This document shows, piece after piece, positions 62,777 to 64,000 of a stretch of DNA of 64,000 nucleotides. A program made the position numbers and the translations under genes. The stretch comes from Alphaproteobacteria bacterium (GTDB taxonomy: Bacteria; Pseudomonadota; Alphaproteobacteria; UBA828): the NCBI GenBank assembly GCA_963422645.2, contig CAXXVO010000007.1, forward strand, positions 192,001-256,000. Direction: 5' to 3'. The notes beneath the pieces are model-generated. The model was not told where the DNA came from and did no database searches. It was given only the letters and a program-made list of their open reading frames with translations. How positions within the stretch are numbered: the stretch's first letter is position 1; each line of letters begins with the position of its first letter.

Positions 62777-64000
62777 TGTTGTTAAGCGTGGAAAAGTGAC
62801 CCCCTATTGGGGGTGATCGGCGTCCAAAATTGACCCCCTTGGATTTGTGTCCATGAACACACCTCGTCGTTTGGACGGACGGGGTGGTGGGGGAGATGCT
62901 GGTTGTGGAAACGATCGCGAAGATCCGTCGGGATCATCTGGTGAAGGGCGTTCCGATCAAGAAGCTCGCCCGGGATTTGAGGGTTTCCAAGAACACGATA
63001 CGCAAGGTGGTGCGGGGCGATGCGACCTCGCACAGCTACGAGCGCAAGATCCAGCCGATGCCGAAGCTTGGGCTGTGGGTGGAGGAGCTTGAGCGCCAGC
63101 TGAAGGCCAACGAGAAGAAGGCACGCAAGGATCGGCTGTCTCTTCTGCGGATTCATGAAGACCTTGTGTCGCTGGGCTACAAGGGCGGCTATGACGCGGT
63201 TCGCCGCTATGCCAGGGCCTGGCGGCGCCGGTGGCGGCTGTTGTCGCCGGCGCAGGCCTATGTGCCGCTGATCTTCGATCCCGGCGAGGCCTACCAGTTC
63301 GACTGGAGCCACGAGTACGCGCGTCTGTCGGGCGCGACGACCAGGGTGAAGGCGGCGCACATGCGGCTGTGCCACAGCCGGATGTATCTGGTCCAGATCT
63401 TTCCCCGCGAGAGCCAGGAGATGGTCTTCGAGGCGCACGAGCGTGCCTTCCGCTTCTTCGGCGGGGTCTGCCGGCGGGGCATCTACGACAACATGAAGAC
63501 GGCGGTGAGCACGATCTTCGTGGGCAAGAAGCGGGACTACAACCGCCGCTTCCAGGAGCTGTGCTCGCACCATCTGGTGGAGCCTGTGGCGTGCACGCCA
63601 GGGGCTGGCTGGGAGAAGGGGCAGGTCGAGAAGCAGGTGGGTGACCTTCGCGGCCGCCTGTTCGTGCCCATCCCGCGGGGCCGCTCCTACGCCGAGATCA
63701 ACGAGTGGCTGATGGATCGGTGCATCGAGGACGCCAAGAAGCATCCGCATCCGACAATCCCGGGCAAGACGGTGTGGCAGGTGTTCGAGGAGGAGCAGCC
63801 CTTCCTGATGGCGTATCGCGGCCCCTTCGACGGCTTCCATGCCAGCGAGGTGTCGGTCTCGAAGACCTGTCTGGTGCGCTTCGACAACAACCAGTACAGC
63901 GTCGCGGCCCGCGCCGTCGGCCGGCCGGTGGACGTGCGGGCCTATGCCGATCGGATCGTCATCCGCCAGGACGGCGAGACCGTTGCCGAGCACCCCCGCA
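62777..64000 (+). mobile_element. IS21-family element (left end and partial istA)
   Basis: Starts TG; repeated motifs GCGTGGAAAAGTGACCCC / GCGTCCAAAATTGACCCC; left boundary at 62777 or 62780. Confidence 0.85.
62896..64000 (+). CDS. istA: IS21 transposase IstA (partial)
   Basis: Manual translation MLVVETIAKIRR..VSKNTIRK, PGEAYQFDW, IYDNMKTAV, GWEKGQVE. Confidence 0.92.
   Translation, partial: MLVVETIAKIRRDHLVKGVPIKKLARDLRVSKNTIRKVVRGDATSHSYERKIQPMPKLGLWVEELERQLKANEKKARKDRLSLLRIHEDLVSLGYKGGYDAVRRYARAWRRRWRLLSPAQAYVPLIFDPGEAYQFDWSHEYARLSGATTRVKAAHMRLCHSRMYLVQIFPRESQEMVFEAHERAFRFFGGVCRRGIYDNMKTAVSTIFVGKKRDYNRRFQELCSHHLVEPVACTPGAGWEKGQVEKQVGDLRGRLFVPIPRGRSYAEINEWLMDRCIEDAKKHPHPTIPGKTVWQVFEEEQPFLMAYRGPFDGFHASEVSVSKTCLVRFDNNQYSVAARAVGRPVDVRAYADRIVIRQDGETVAEHPR

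Overview
High-GC alphaproteobacterial chromosome; the gene order looks Rhodospirillales-like (inference). 1-37.8 kb is mostly housekeeping: partial kdsD, a GS-like ligase plus cysteine hydrolase, mrp, hflKC, DUF1015, miaA, ilvBNC, leuA with a Leu leader, mreBCD-mrdA-rodA, ilvE, an orphan RfaH-like gene behind a LexA-like box, tkt-gap-pgk-fbaB, kdsB, pepP, prmA, SRP RNA, dnaX-ybaB-recR and metF. 37.8-64 kb is a mobile-element-rich accessory region. It holds an outer-membrane-protein gene split at codon 4 by an unclassified DDE IS (17-bp TIR, 3-bp TSD), two head-to-head paralogous porins with Met/Glu repeats, and an ORF-less group II intron with matching EBS/IBS pairs. It also has an IS110 element inserted into a vapB antitoxin, whose non-coding end carries bridge-RNA-like guide loops matching its own insertion site. 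Further on are a candidate defence cluster (Rpn, TPR, AEP-primase/helicase, SWIM-SNF2), gene debris, a DUF1902/hicA pair and a prophage head-gene remnant hit by nested IS481-like and IS21 insertions. All calls come from motif recognition by eye; no database searches were run.
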